DNA from: an uncultured Planctomycetales bacterium | GTDB lineage: Bacteria; Omnitrophota; Gorgyraeia; Zapsychrales; Fredricksoniimonadaceae | Direction: 5' to 3' | Assembly (NCBI GenBank): GCA_964520655.1 | Contig: CAZFNI010000002.1 | Location: 1-57,935 of the forward strand | Length of the DNA: 57,935 bases | Shown: positions 42,318 to 51,919 of the stretch, piece by piece | Layout: each line of letters begins with the position of its first letter | Numbering within the stretch: position 1 is the stretch's first letter | Translations under genes and position numbers: made by a program | Notes under the pieces: model-generated | What the model was told of the DNA's origin: nothing | Databases searched by the model: none | The model's input: the letters and a program-made list of their open reading frames with translations, nothing else

Positions 42318-44579
42318 TTATACAAATAGCGCCAGAAGAACAAATAATGTAAAGAAAAATAACACAGTGATGAAAAATCCCGCCATCAACCATGGCGGAG
42401 TGAACTTAAAATGAACCTCTGAGGCACCTTTGGGAACAACTACCCCCATAAATATATGGTCCGAAAGTACGACAGGAGATTGTTGGCCGTTGACATATGC
42501 TCTCCATCCCGAATGGAATGACTTTGGCAGCACAACCATCTTAGAGTCTGTGGCCTGGACATTAAACACAACATCATCAGACCCTTGTTCAACATAATTC
42601 CTATAAACATCATTAGTCCGCGGATAGATATTAACCCCTTTATTCAAATCTTCAGCAACTTCCTGAATGGTTCTCGTTGATGATCCATCTTTAAAGAAAA
42701 CCCTGATCGGTTCACCCTCCCTGCCCCAGATATCAAACCTGTCACCATCAATCAATTTCTTAAAATTGCGCCAGGGCAGCACCTTATGATGATCAACCCA
42801 GGAAAAATCCACGGGCCAGAAATTCGTCATGGCCTCAGTTGGCCTTTCTATCCAGTAATTCCTGATGATGCGGGAATGTTCAGGTGAGAAATGGTTCAGA
42901 TAAAATATAAAATCATTAAAATGCTTTGAAGGAATGGGAATAAATCCCGTCAAACCCTTGACACCATAAAGAAGATTATAATTATCATACACAGGCAAAT
43001 AGTAGGAAAATGGCAAAAAGAATTTGCCCGACGCGTTCTTGTAAAAATTATACTCCGGTGAGCTCATGCCAAATTGTTCTTTGGAAGTACAAAGCCCCTT
43101 ATCATTCCACATGAATGACATCCAAAATGATCGCACCCCTAAAGAGATCAAAAAACCAAATAGGGCCAGACAACAAACCCATCGCATGAATTTATGGATA
43201 CGCGGACCTAACATAAAGAACACGACGATCAGCCAATATGTTAAGGCAAGCCCCCAAAAGAACTTGTGTCCAAAGATCTTAAAACGCTCTAAAAGGAAAG
43301 GTGTGCCCGATTGGACATTCATGATCCATGCCGCCACAACCACCCACAAACAACCCGCAAGTACCAGCAAAACAGACAATGATTTCTTTCGTCGAAAGAA
43401 TCCCCAACCATCTAGACCGTGAGTCATTCGCGAGAAAACCACGACAACGATCAGTACAAGCAAAAAATCCATGTAATACACACCATAAATAAAAGAGATC
43501 TTGCTGAACAAATTCAAAAATGGCATTTGATGGGGGAAATATCGCAGCAATGTGTCAAATATAGATGGTGAGGAAAAATACAAAAGAATAGATGCTACGA
43601 TCGCAAAGAATAACTTTCTTTCACGAACATCTTTGAATATTTCCCGATAACACCCGATCGCGAAGATCAGTGCTATGATCAAAAGCATTAAAAATGTGAC
43701 AGCTGATTTGACAGAGGAGAAAACAAAGGTCGCTGCGATCATTTTAAAAAGCGACATTTCAAAATTGCCTTGTGTTGGCCATAGCGGAAAAGAATTAACA
43801 GGATAGGCTCCTTCATACCTGGCCGCTTCAAAAAGCACATTGTGTATCGTTGGAAGGATCTGTACCGCAGCCGATGAGATCGCGCCCAGGGACAAAATAC
43901 CCATGGATACAACGCTTAACCACAAAGCCCTCTTGATCGGATAATTTAGCAGCACATAAACAATGATAAATAATACTTCCCAATAAATGGTCTGAAGGAA
44001 TTGGCCCGCCCCTCCCATCAAGAACTGCAGACCTGTCGTAGCCGACATCAAAAAAAGAGCCAGGTATATATTCCTTTTTTCCCATGATAAGAACACACTT
44101 AAAGCCAGCGGCATCATCACAACACCGCTGATCATGATCGGGGTCAAGACCAGATTCCCCTGCCTTCCGATATTAAGCCCCATATAGATCAAAGCTCCAG
44201 CGATAGCGAGAGGCCAGCGGATACGAAAATGATGAACGAACAGGAAAATCGTCAGGGTCAAACCGAACACATAAGGTTCGATCAACTTGAATAGATAAAA
44301 TTGGGCGTCATTTAAGAACAATGCCGCAATATTAGTGGGAAATAAGACCGGATACGATCCTGATGTGAATAAACTTACACCGCCTAAACCTTCATCCCAG
44401 AATGTCAAATGACCGCTGCGCCATTTATGAGCGACGTCAATGATCAACCCCCAATAGACATTGCTTAATTCATTACTTGGGGTACCGTACGGAGGGAATG
44501 TTGAACGTTTCCAGAGATAGACCCCCCCCGCAAGACCAACGATCAGGCAAAGAAAAAATCTGCGGATGGTGATATTCAT
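42318..44579 (-). CDS. YfhO-like GT-C membrane glycosyltransferase (second copy)
   Basis: Polytopic. The C-terminal HSGWRAYVNGQQSPVVLSDHIFMGVVVPKGASEVHFKFTPPW plus a terminal TM helix match the family. The start at 44579 (MNITIRR) avoids overlap with terC; the track ORF extends to 44654. Confidence 0.55.
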   Translation of the reverse strand: MNITIRRFFLCLIVGLAGGVYLWKRSTFPPYGTPSNELSNVYWGLIIDVAHKWRSGHLTFWDEGLGGVSLFTSGSYPVLFPTNIAALFLNDAQFYLFKLIEPYVFGLTLTIFLFVHHFRIRWPLAIAGALIYMGLNIGRQGNLVLTPIMISGVVMMPLALSVFLSWEKRNIYLALFLMSATTGLQFLMGGAGQFLQTIYWEVLFIIVYVLLNYPIKRALWLSVVSMGILSLGAISSAAVQILPTIHNVLFEAARYEGAYPVNSFPLWPTQGNFEMSLFKMIAATFVFSSVKSAVTFLMLLIIALIFAIGCYREIFKDVRERKLFFAIVASILLYFSSPSIFDTLLRYFPHQMPFLNLFSKISFIYGVYYMDFLLVLIVVVVFSRMTHGLDGWGFFRRKKSLSVLLVLAGCLWVVVAAWIMNVQSGTPFLLERFKIFGHKFFWGLALTYWLIVVFFMLGPRIHKFMRWVCCLALFGFLISLGVRSFWMSFMWNDKGLCTSKEQFGMSSPEYNFYKNASGKFFLPFSYYLPVYDNYNLLYGVKGLTGFIPIPSKHFNDFIFYLNHFSPEHSRIIRNYWIERPTEAMTNFWPVDFSWVDHHKVLPWRNFKKLIDGDRFDIWGREGEPIRVFFKDGSSTRTIQEVAEDLNKGVNIYPRTNDVYRNYVEQGSDDVVFNVQATDSKMVVLPKSFHSGWRAYVNGQQSPVVLSDHIFMGVVVPKGASEVHFKFTPPWLMAGFFITVLFFFTLFVLLALFV
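44522..44529 (-). repeat. G8 homopolymer inside codons 17-20 of the YfhO-like gene
   Basis: The plus strand reads a-cccccccc-g. The coding strand reads GCG GGG GGG GTC (A G G V). Confidence 0.95.
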
Positions 44580-44589
44580 AAAAAGCAAA

Positions 44590-45360
44590 TTAATGGTTAA
44601 CAGCCTTCTTATCCCTGATCGATAAAAGAACAGCTCCAACCAATACAAAAACAATGAATATCAACTTGAGTTGGACGCTGATAACAAGCACATGTTCTAA
44701 AAGCATGGTGGCTCCGACAAAGACAAGGATCATGCCCAGAGCATAATGCAAATATGTGAACATCGGCATGACCGCAGCCAAGGCAAAATACATTGCCCGG
44801 AGCCCAATGATCGCGAAAACATTAGACGTCCAAACGATGAATGGATCCTTCGTGATCGCAAATATGGCAGGGATCGAATCCAACGCAAATAATAGATCCG
44901 TCACCTCAACGATGATCAATATGACGATCCAAGGTTTTAATTGAGGAAAATGTTTACGACAGAAGACCAGGATCTGATTATCCTGCATATGGACATCTTT
45001 TTCTTTCTCCACGAACATTTTGATACCCATCACCACCAGGAAGAACCCCAGAATATAAAGCAACCACGAGAACATGGTGATCAGTTTGATCCCAACAACG
45101 ATCAATACCGCCCTCATCAACTGCGCTCCCCAAACACCCCATGTCAGGATCCTCGCCTGCTCCTTGGATTCGCATTTAAAATACTTGAAAATAAGCAGGA
45201 ACACGAAGATATTATCAACACTCAGAGATATTTCGATCAAATATCCCGTTAAGAATTCGAGAGCTTTCTGTTGTCCATAAAAGACATATATACCCACATT
45301 AAATGCCATTGCCGCCAGCACCCAGAGTGTGCTAATGATGATCGCTTTGCGTACGTTCAT
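44590..45360 (-). CDS. TerC/Alx-family integral membrane protein
   Basis: Has EISLSVDNIFVF and VEVTDLLFALDSIPAIFAIT, the duplicated TerC motifs. Confidence 0.85.
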   Translation of the reverse strand: MNVRKAIIISTLWVLAAMAFNVGIYVFYGQQKALEFLTGYLIEISLSVDNIFVFLLIFKYFKCESKEQARILTWGVWGAQLMRAVLIVVGIKLITMFSWLLYILGFFLVVMGIKMFVEKEKDVHMQDNQILVFCRKHFPQLKPWIVILIIVEVTDLLFALDSIPAIFAITKDPFIVWTSNVFAIIGLRAMYFALAAVMPMFTYLHYALGMILVFVGATMLLEHVLVISVQLKLIFIVFVLVGAVLLSIRDKKAVNH

Positions 45361-45788
45361 TTTTTATATACCCCGCTTTTGCCGCCGCTTTTATGATTTA
45401 AACAAATACCCTCAATGACCATTTCCTGACCGGCCCATTTCATCATGTCATAGATCGTCAAACAGGCCGCGCTGACCGCAGCCAGACTTTCCATCTCCAC
45501 ACCTGTCTTGCCGCTGCACAATACTTCTGCCTGGACCAACACAGAACATTCCTTTTTACAGACCTCAAAAATGATCGATACTTTCTCTAGATTCAAAGGA
45601 TGACAATACGGGATCACCGCTGGGGTCAATTTAGCCCCATTAATACCTGCGATCTTGGCAGCCTCGAATATATCCCCTTTTGGAGACCCCTTCTTCATCA
45701 ATTCCTTAAAAATAGCCGGACTGAGAACGATCTTGCCGCTGGCAACGGCACGCCTAACCGTGACAAGTTTCTGACTAATATCAATCAT
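45357..45788 (-). CDS. moaC: Cyclic pyranopterin monophosphate synthase
   Basis: Has MIDISQK..TVRRAVA and IPYCHPL. The start at 45788 matches the MoaC N-terminus; the track ORF extends to 45827. Confidence 0.85.
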   Translation of the reverse strand: MIDISQKLVTVRRAVASGKIVLSPAIFKELMKKGSPKGDIFEAAKIAGINGAKLTPAVIPYCHPLNLEKVSIIFEVCKKECSVLVQAEVLCSGKTGVEMESLAAVSAACLTIYDMMKWAGQEMVIEGICLNHKSGGKSGVYKK

Positions 45789-46146
45789 CTGTCCCCACTC
45801 CTTTGCGGTGCGATTTCTTTTGGGCATGCTTCTTTTTGTCAGCCAGCATCCGCTCTTTTGCCGAAGCAGACCGTTTACGGTTCTGCCGCCTGATCTTTTC
45901 TTTCAGGTGTTTTCTTTGCTGTTGCCGGAAAACTTCCCTCTCCTGCAGAGCCTTTTCAAGCAACTCCCATGCGCGCTGACGGTTTTGAAATTGACTGCGA
46001 AATTCCTGACATTTGACTAATATACCCGTCGGTTTATGGATAAGCAGAACACACGTCTCAACCTTGTTGACATTCTGCCCTCCAGGACCACTGGAGCGTA
46101 CAAATGATTCGATCACTTGTTCTTTTGAAATAAGTATCCGGCCCAT
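45781..46146 (-). CDS. arfB: Peptidyl-tRNA hydrolase ArfB (class I release-factor-like ribosome rescue factor)
   Basis: Has the [17 protein letters not shown] motif and a basic C-terminal tail ([24 protein letters not shown]). The probable start MGRILIS at 46146 still overlaps the prmA 3' end by 34 nt. Confidence 0.8.
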   Translation of the reverse strand: MGRILISKEQVIESFVRSSGPGGQNVNKVETCVLLIHKPTGILVKCQEFRSQFQNRQRAWELLEKALQEREVFRQQQRKHLKEKIRRQNRKRSASAKERMLADKKKHAQKKSHRKGVGTDD

Positions 46147-46991
46147 TCTTTTGCCTTGATAGCCTGGCATAAATAGAAACCAGACAGTTTAAAATTATTT
46201 TCAAAACGAGGACAATTCTCCAGGGAAATACCTGATACAGCCAAAAATCCACCCGGAGCAACAAAACGGGCAATTTTCTTCTGATATTGAATAAGGTCCT
46301 GGGTAACTAAATTCGCTGCGACAAAATCATAAACACGAACATGTTCAAACCTATTGATGTCCGCTTTAGAAACTTGTGCCCTTAAATGATTGACCTTAAG
46401 ATTTTTCTTCGCGGCTTCTATGGAAAGATCTTCCAGGTCAATCCCGCGAACATCAGGGACACCATGTTTTTTGGCTACCATCATTAAGATGCCCGTGCCA
46501 GTACCTATATCGAACAACGACTTGATCTGACCGCGATGATCCTCGATCATCTGTGAAACGATCTGCGTCGTCTCATGCAGCCCTGTTCCAAATGACAAGA
46601 CAGTATCCATCAAAATATGATCACGTCCCTTTACATTCTTATACTTCTCTTGACACCATACAGGAACAACATCAAGCAACCGGGTGAGTTTCGCCGGCTT
46701 CCAATTCTTCTTCCAGAGAGTTAACCAGTCTTTAGGCAGCAGTGTTTGCTGTTTGACCTTTAAACCATTTAACGATAATTTAATGAATAACTTTCTGATC
46801 TTTTGGGCAAAAAGGCTATCCATTGGATAAAACCTTAAAGATGCTGCCCCTATATTCTCATCATCAATGATCTCATGGTTTTTGATCCCCAATGAAACCA
46901 GGATCGCCCGGACCATCAGTAGATCATTAGGGTCTTTTGCATGAAACGATAGTTCTAATACACGTTGTGGAATGCGTTCGGAAGTGCTCAA
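46113..46991 (-). CDS. prmA: Ribosomal protein L11 methyltransferase
   Basis: Has [10 protein letters not shown] and [11 protein letters not shown]. Confidence 0.85.
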   Translation of the reverse strand: MSTSERIPQRVLELSFHAKDPNDLLMVRAILVSLGIKNHEIIDDENIGAASLRFYPMDSLFAQKIRKLFIKLSLNGLKVKQQTLLPKDWLTLWKKNWKPAKLTRLLDVVPVWCQEKYKNVKGRDHILMDTVLSFGTGLHETTQIVSQMIEDHRGQIKSLFDIGTGTGILMMVAKKHGVPDVRGIDLEDLSIEAAKKNLKVNHLRAQVSKADINRFEHVRVYDFVAANLVTQDLIQYQKKIARFVAPGGFLAVSGISLENCPRFENNFKLSGFYLCQAIKAKEWAGYLFQKNK

Positions 46992-47950
46992 GGACTAGGT
47001 AAATGATGGACGTTATTATCATAATAATGGCACTGATCCCCGCCATTAGACTTGGAGAGATACAACACCTGATCCGCGGCCTTGATCAACTCTCTTCCTG
47101 TTTCTTGCCCCGTCGCTGGGAATGCGCTGACGCCGACACTAAAGGTGACGTTCAATGTCTTACCTTTCTGACGGAACTCAAGAGCGGATCTTGAACTCTG
47201 CAGAAAACGCTCCACAGGGATCCTGGATTGCTCCACAGTTGTTTCCGGCATGATGATAATGAACTCATCCCCGCCCAAACGTCCAATAATATCCGTCTTC
47301 CTTAATGTCGATTTTAAAAGATTAACAGCAGCGCGCAGGCACCTGTCTCCATATAAATGACCCAACTGATCATTAACTTTTTTAAAATTATCCAGGTCCA
47401 CCAGCACGCATCCTAAGTTAAGATCATAACGTTTCGCACGTGAAAGCTCTTCATCCAAACGCTGCAGAACTGCGCGCCGATTATAAACCCCTGTCAATCC
47501 ATCCAATTGAGACAATTTCTTTAAAAAATTCTCTTTACGGCGAACTTCGGTCACATCATGAAAAGCTAAAATAACATGCTGCGGCCCAGAGGCAAATTGG
47601 GCAGGGATATACGCCACCCGCATGAACACATACACATGATTACGGCGCATGGTCGGTAGCTTGACCTCATGCTCAAAAAAGTCACCTTTCACCCTGGCAC
47701 TGAGTAATTCCAACAATACCTTTGTGCTTATCTTTGTAGGGAATGAAGGGAACCAGTCATCAAATTGTTTACGATCCTGACTGGAGAATAATTGCAACGC
47801 CGCTTGATTGGCATTTAAGACCTGGAACGAAGAATTCCATATGCCTTCGATCAAAGGCACCGGGGCAAGGTCAAACAATAATTTAAACTTGTCCTTAGGG
47901 ACTTTGACCAATGTCGTAATAAAACTATTGCGCTGATTGATCTTGCTCAT
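46988..47950 (-). CDS. PAS-like sensor + GGDEF diguanylate cyclase
   Basis: Has DGLTGVYNRR and RLGGDEFIIIM, with an RKTD I-site (RxxD) five residues upstream. Confidence 0.85.
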   Translation of the reverse strand: MSKINQRNSFITTLVKVPKDKFKLLFDLAPVPLIEGIWNSSFQVLNANQAALQLFSSQDRKQFDDWFPSFPTKISTKVLLELLSARVKGDFFEHEVKLPTMRRNHVYVFMRVAYIPAQFASGPQHVILAFHDVTEVRRKENFLKKLSQLDGLTGVYNRRAVLQRLDEELSRAKRYDLNLGCVLVDLDNFKKVNDQLGHLYGDRCLRAAVNLLKSTLRKTDIIGRLGGDEFIIIMPETTVEQSRIPVERFLQSSRSALEFRQKGKTLNVTFSVGVSAFPATGQETGRELIKAADQVLYLSKSNGGDQCHYYDNNVHHLPSP

Positions 47951-49578
47951 TTGAACTTTATCAATGACGGTGCATAGTCTTTGGGAGCTTCAAACCCAAG
48001 TAAATTAAGTAATGTAGCTGCCACATTGGCAAGTCCGCGTTCTTTTAGGTCAGCCATTTGATATTCCCCCTGATAGTTGGGGTCAACGATCGCACACGGC
48101 ACAGGGTTTAAAGAATGCGCCGTACTTACTTGCCTTTTACCGTTCTTAACAGTGAACATTTCATCAGCATTGCCATGATCAGCCAGAACAAGAGCAATAC
48201 CGTTAGTTTGACGTATCACATTTAGGATCTTTGCTAAGCCCTCATCCACAGCCTCTACAGACTTGATAATAGCTTCCGTCACACCCGTATGACCCACCAT
48301 ATCCCCATTAGGATAATTGATACGGCCGAATTTGTATTGGCCAGTTTTGATCAATTCAATGGTCTTGTCCGTGATCTCATCCGCCTTCATCCGCGGAGCC
48401 TGATCAAAACGGATCTTGTCCGAAGGGATCTCAACATAGGTTTCAAGAGCAGGGTCAATATACCCGCTTTTATTGCCGTTCCAAAAATAAGTGACATGAC
48501 CGTATTTCTGGGTTTCAGAGATCGCGAATGCCTTGATGCCGTTGGCACACATATAGACCCCCACCGGCCCTTCGATCTGCGGCGGATTGACCAGATAATG
48601 CCTGGGGATGTGCAGATCACCGTCATATTCCATCATGCCGGCAAAAAGAACATCCGGAGTGCGAACACGGTCAAATTTGTCAAAATCAGGGCTGTCAAAA
48701 GCCATCGATAATTCAATGGCGCGGTCGCCCCGGAAATTAAAGAACACAACGCTATCCCCATCTTCGATCGTGCCGACAGGTGAGCCGTCATCTTCGATGA
48801 CAAAGGAATCCAGATACTGGTCGGTTATCTTAGGGTCTTCTTTGTAATATGTTTCAACGGCCTCTTTCGCTGACGCAAATCTTCTGCCGCGGCCCAAGAC
48901 ATGGGCTTTCCAGCCGCGCTCAACAATTGTCCAATCCGCATTATAACGATCCATCGTCGTCACCATGCGGCCGCCGCCGGATGCGATGCGGTAATCGTAG
49001 GTGCGGTTGGCAGAGTTGATCGACTTTAACAGTTCTTCTGTGCGTTCAATGTATGTCAACGCGGACTTTTCGTAAACATCGCGGCCGTCTAGGAGCACAT
49101 GCAAGCAAAGACGCCGGACGCCTTCCTTGGCACATTGATTAACGAGCGCAAAAAGCTGATCAATATGAGAATGAACATTGCCATCAGACAGCAGACCGAT
49201 AAAATGAAAAACCTTATTATCTTTTTTTACTCTATTGACCAATTGTTTCCATGTGTCGGTCTGATAGATCTCGCCAGAATCGATCGAACGAGAAACAAGC
49301 TTAGCTCCCTGATCAAATACACGTCCCGCGCCTAAAGCATTATGACCAACCTCTGAATTGCCCATATCATCATCACTTGGCATACCAACAGCTTTCCCAT
49401 GGGCTTTCAGCGTCGTATATAATTTAGATCCCATCAATTCATCCAACACAGGGGTCTTGGCCAAAAAAACACCGTCGCTGTCATCTTGCTTACCGATCCC
49501 CATACCGTCCATAATGACAAGCAGGACAGGTCCCTGGCGACCGTTAAAATTAGGCAATTTCTTTAATTCGTAACTCAT
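47947..49578 (-). CDS. gpmI: 2,3-bisphosphoglycerate-independent phosphoglycerate mutase
   Basis: 543 aa. Has LVIMDGMGIG, NSEVGHNALGAGR, LLSDGNVHSH and ADHGNADEM. Confidence 0.9.
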   Translation of the reverse strand: MSYELKKLPNFNGRQGPVLLVIMDGMGIGKQDDSDGVFLAKTPVLDELMGSKLYTTLKAHGKAVGMPSDDDMGNSEVGHNALGAGRVFDQGAKLVSRSIDSGEIYQTDTWKQLVNRVKKDNKVFHFIGLLSDGNVHSHIDQLFALVNQCAKEGVRRLCLHVLLDGRDVYEKSALTYIERTEELLKSINSANRTYDYRIASGGGRMVTTMDRYNADWTIVERGWKAHVLGRGRRFASAKEAVETYYKEDPKITDQYLDSFVIEDDGSPVGTIEDGDSVVFFNFRGDRAIELSMAFDSPDFDKFDRVRTPDVLFAGMMEYDGDLHIPRHYLVNPPQIEGPVGVYMCANGIKAFAISETQKYGHVTYFWNGNKSGYIDPALETYVEIPSDKIRFDQAPRMKADEITDKTIELIKTGQYKFGRINYPNGDMVGHTGVTEAIIKSVEAVDEGLAKILNVIRQTNGIALVLADHGNADEMFTVKNGKRQVSTAHSLNPVPCAIVDPNYQGEYQMADLKERGLANVAATLLNLLGFEAPKDYAPSLIKFK

Positions 49579-49590
49579 ACTTTCTCCATT

Positions 49591-50157
49591 CTAGAACTTG
49601 ACCACAGGTACTTGTGCCGCAGCTTCTGCCGCTTTATAGTAAACCGCTGGTTGTGTTTTTCCTGTTGCAGACGCAAAGAAACGTCCAAAAAAACTTTGTT
49701 GATTGGCATTGAATGCCTGTACTGATTGATTGTAACGCATCCGTTCAACTGAGATCCGATTCTCTGTTCCCTCCAATTGGTTCTGTAGATTCAAGAAATT
49801 CTGATCCGCCTTCAGATTTGGATAATTTTCCGAAACAAGAAGCAGCTTGGAGAGCGCACCTGTTAATTGGTTAGCGGCTTCCACTTTATCAGAAACTGTT
49901 GCTGCCGCACCCCACTGACTGCGCAGGCGCGTCACTTCTTGTAAAATACCCTTTTCATGTTCTGCGTAACCTTTAACCGTGCTAACAAGATTGGGAATAA
50001 GATCAAAACGCCGCTGCAGCACCACATCGACCTGGCTCCAACTGGACTGCACCTGTTGATCCAAACTGATCATAGTATTAAAACCATTTTGATACCAGCC
50101 GAAAGCCATGACTGCTAAAAGTATTATTCCACCGACAAAATACCACACTTTATTCAT
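49591..50157 (-). CDS. LemA-family protein
   Basis: An N-terminal TM helix is followed by VDVVLQRRFDLIPNLV and YPNLKADQNFLNLQNQLEGTENRISVERMRYN. Confidence 0.85.
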   Translation of the reverse strand: MNKVWYFVGGIILLAVMAFGWYQNGFNTMISLDQQVQSSWSQVDVVLQRRFDLIPNLVSTVKGYAEHEKGILQEVTRLRSQWGAAATVSDKVEAANQLTGALSKLLLVSENYPNLKADQNFLNLQNQLEGTENRISVERMRYNQSVQAFNANQQSFFGRFFASATGKTQPAVYYKAAEAAAQVPVVKF

Positions 50158-50172
50158 ATCATAACCCTTTCT

Positions 50173-50913
50173 TTACCAACTTCCGCTGGAGCCGCCTCCT
50201 CCGCTGGAACCGCCTCCAAATCCCCCAAACCCGCCACTAAAACCACCGCCCGAACCTCCGCCAAAACCTCCTCCGTAATACCCGCCGCCTGCATATCCAT
50301 AACCGCCGCGCCCGCCGCCTCGAAAAATGATCAACAGAACAAATATTCCGATAAAGATCAACACAAAGAACAGATCCGATGAAGAACCGGAAACAATATC
50401 CGCACCTGATCGAAGCTCACCAGAGATCTGGATATTATACTCTTTTGCAACCAAGCTGACAATAGCCCAAGAACCTTTTAATACACCCGACGAAAAATCC
50501 CCTGCTTTAAATTCAGGAACGATGACCTCATTGATAATTCGATGGCTTTGCAGATCTGTGATAGCCCCTTCTAAACCATAGCCCACCTCGATCCGCAATT
50601 TTCTTTCTTTTGCGGCAATCAAAAGCAGCACACCGTTATCCTTATGCTTCTGCCCTATACCCCATTTCTCAAACACTTTAACGGCATATGACTCGATCGT
50701 CTCATCCCCGATCGTCTCAACCGTGAGCACAGCCAGCTCAGCACCTGATCTTTGTTTAAGCTCTTCTCCCCAAGCCTTGATCTTTTCTTGATCGACATCA
50801 CGGATAATACCCGCACGATCAACGCAATAATTTACTGGAGATGGGATGTCCTGTGCTGACAGGCAATAGGCCCCGAACAACATAAAAACCATCATCAGCA
50901 ATAGCTTCTTCAT
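50173..50913 (-). CDS. TPM-domain (YgcG-like) protein with a Gly-rich C-terminal tail
   Basis: Has a signal peptide and ELAVLTVETIG...NGVLLLIAAKERKLRIEVGYGLEG, then a TM helix and a GGGxGG-rich tail. Confidence 0.8.
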   Translation of the reverse strand: MKKLLLMMVFMLFGAYCLSAQDIPSPVNYCVDRAGIIRDVDQEKIKAWGEELKQRSGAELAVLTVETIGDETIESYAVKVFEKWGIGQKHKDNGVLLLIAAKERKLRIEVGYGLEGAITDLQSHRIINEVIVPEFKAGDFSSGVLKGSWAIVSLVAKEYNIQISGELRSGADIVSGSSSDLFFVLIFIGIFVLLIIFRGGGRGGYGYAGGGYYGGGFGGGSGGGFSGGFGGFGGGSSGGGGSSGSW

Positions 50914-51653
50914 AATGAATCAATACGATCGGAAAGTTGGGTGAGAAGATGCAAGTAGTCCTGCAAATATTTAGGAACAAATGATACAGCTATCACAGAG
51001 CTTCCGTACCGATCGTCGTACAACGGGATAATATGATCAGGATTTAGCTCAAATGACTGACAAAACTGTTCCAATAATTCCCGTTTATGTGTTTTAGGCA
51101 GAATATTCCTGATCATAAGCAATTGTCTAAAGATCGGGAGCAGTCCGTTCAAAGAATCATGCATGATCTTCCTTAATAATCGCTCATCTCCACCAGAATC
51201 GATATATGACTGGTAAATAAGCAAGATCTTCCCTTTAACCTGTTCTTCGCAGAATAAACGTATGTTTTTGGGATCAATGATAATGTCATTAAAGACATCT
51301 TCACCGTAAAGAAGAATATGATTATCTTTGATCTCACTGAATTCGATCGGAAAAACATCCAGCGAAGACAAGATATATTGTTTGGTAAAAAAAAGCGGCC
51401 TTGCAAAACGCTTACTCTTGTTCTCTGCTAAAATATTAAGACTCTTTGAGAGCATTGGAATGCTAAGCTCTTTAACAATAACTGCTGAATTAATGTCCGA
51501 GACTTTGGGATCATAATTTGGCCCTGCAACTGAACCAAAAACAACGATCCCCTCTATGTTTTCTGATTGTAGATCCAGTAATTGATGGATAAAACACTCG
51601 ATTTTCGCAACCGCCGAAGCTGGCAGCAGCTCAAGATTGATTAAACGCGGCAT
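50910..51653 (-). CDS. Nucleotidyltransferase-fold (MNT-like) domain protein with an uncharacterised helical C-terminal half
   Basis: VVFGSVAGPNYDPKVSDINSAVIV resembles the GS-x9-12-(D/E)xD minimal NTase motif, with the second Asp replaced by Asn. The start at 51653 (MPRLINL) avoids overlap. Confidence 0.35.
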   Translation of the reverse strand: MPRLINLELLPASAVAKIECFIHQLLDLQSENIEGIVVFGSVAGPNYDPKVSDINSAVIVKELSIPMLSKSLNILAENKSKRFARPLFFTKQYILSSLDVFPIEFSEIKDNHILLYGEDVFNDIIIDPKNIRLFCEEQVKGKILLIYQSYIDSGGDERLLRKIMHDSLNGLLPIFRQLLMIRNILPKTHKRELLEQFCQSFELNPDHIIPLYDDRYGSSVIAVSFVPKYLQDYLHLLTQLSDRIDSL

Positions 51654-51655
51654 AA

Positions 51656-51847
51656 CTATGCTTTCGGATTCTTCTTCGTTTTTTGGTGGTAATTGATCCA
51701 TGCAGCGGCGTGATTCTTCAGCCAGTCATCTGCGGCCGCCTGAAAACCGATATCATAACCGGCGATCTCGCTCTCCAGCCACTTGTGCCGGTTTATCTCA
51801 GCAATGACTTTCTTATCACGAAGGAGTTTTTTTGGGTCAATGTCCAT
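51656..51847 (-). CDS. Small conserved-looking hypothetical protein (63 aa)
   Basis: Has the motif INRHKWLESEIAGYDIGFQAAADDWL. I cannot assign a family with confidence. Confidence 0.4.
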   Translation of the reverse strand: MDIDPKKLLRDKKVIAEINRHKWLESEIAGYDIGFQAAADDWLKNHAAAWINYHQKTKKNPKA

Positions 51848-51919
51848 AGAATTATTGTACCCCTGACGGCACTGAAAACAAGAACAATAATTATCCTGTT
51901 AAATAGTCGTGACCGCCGT

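Noticed and set aside
45781-46146. Unusually long gene overlaps (prmA/arfB 34 nt, arfB/moaC 8 nt) as a sign of frameshift or misassembly.
   Set aside because: All three proteins have intact, full-length family signatures in their respective frames. The overlaps are consistent with the generally compact, translationally coupled organisation of this window.
50173-50330. Repetitive GGN/CCN-rich DNA at the 3' end of the TPM gene, which could be mistaken for a tandem repeat or array.
   Set aside because: It simply encodes the Gly-rich tail (GGGRGGYGYAGGGYYGGGFGGGSGGG...) common in YgcG/TPM proteins. There is no spacer/repeat periodicity.
51848-51919. 8-nt inverted repeat (attattgt ... acaataat) between the MCP gene and the 63-aa ORF.
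   Set aside because: The arms are AT-only, separated by ~29 nt, and have no flanking T-tract. This is too weak to call a terminator or operator.
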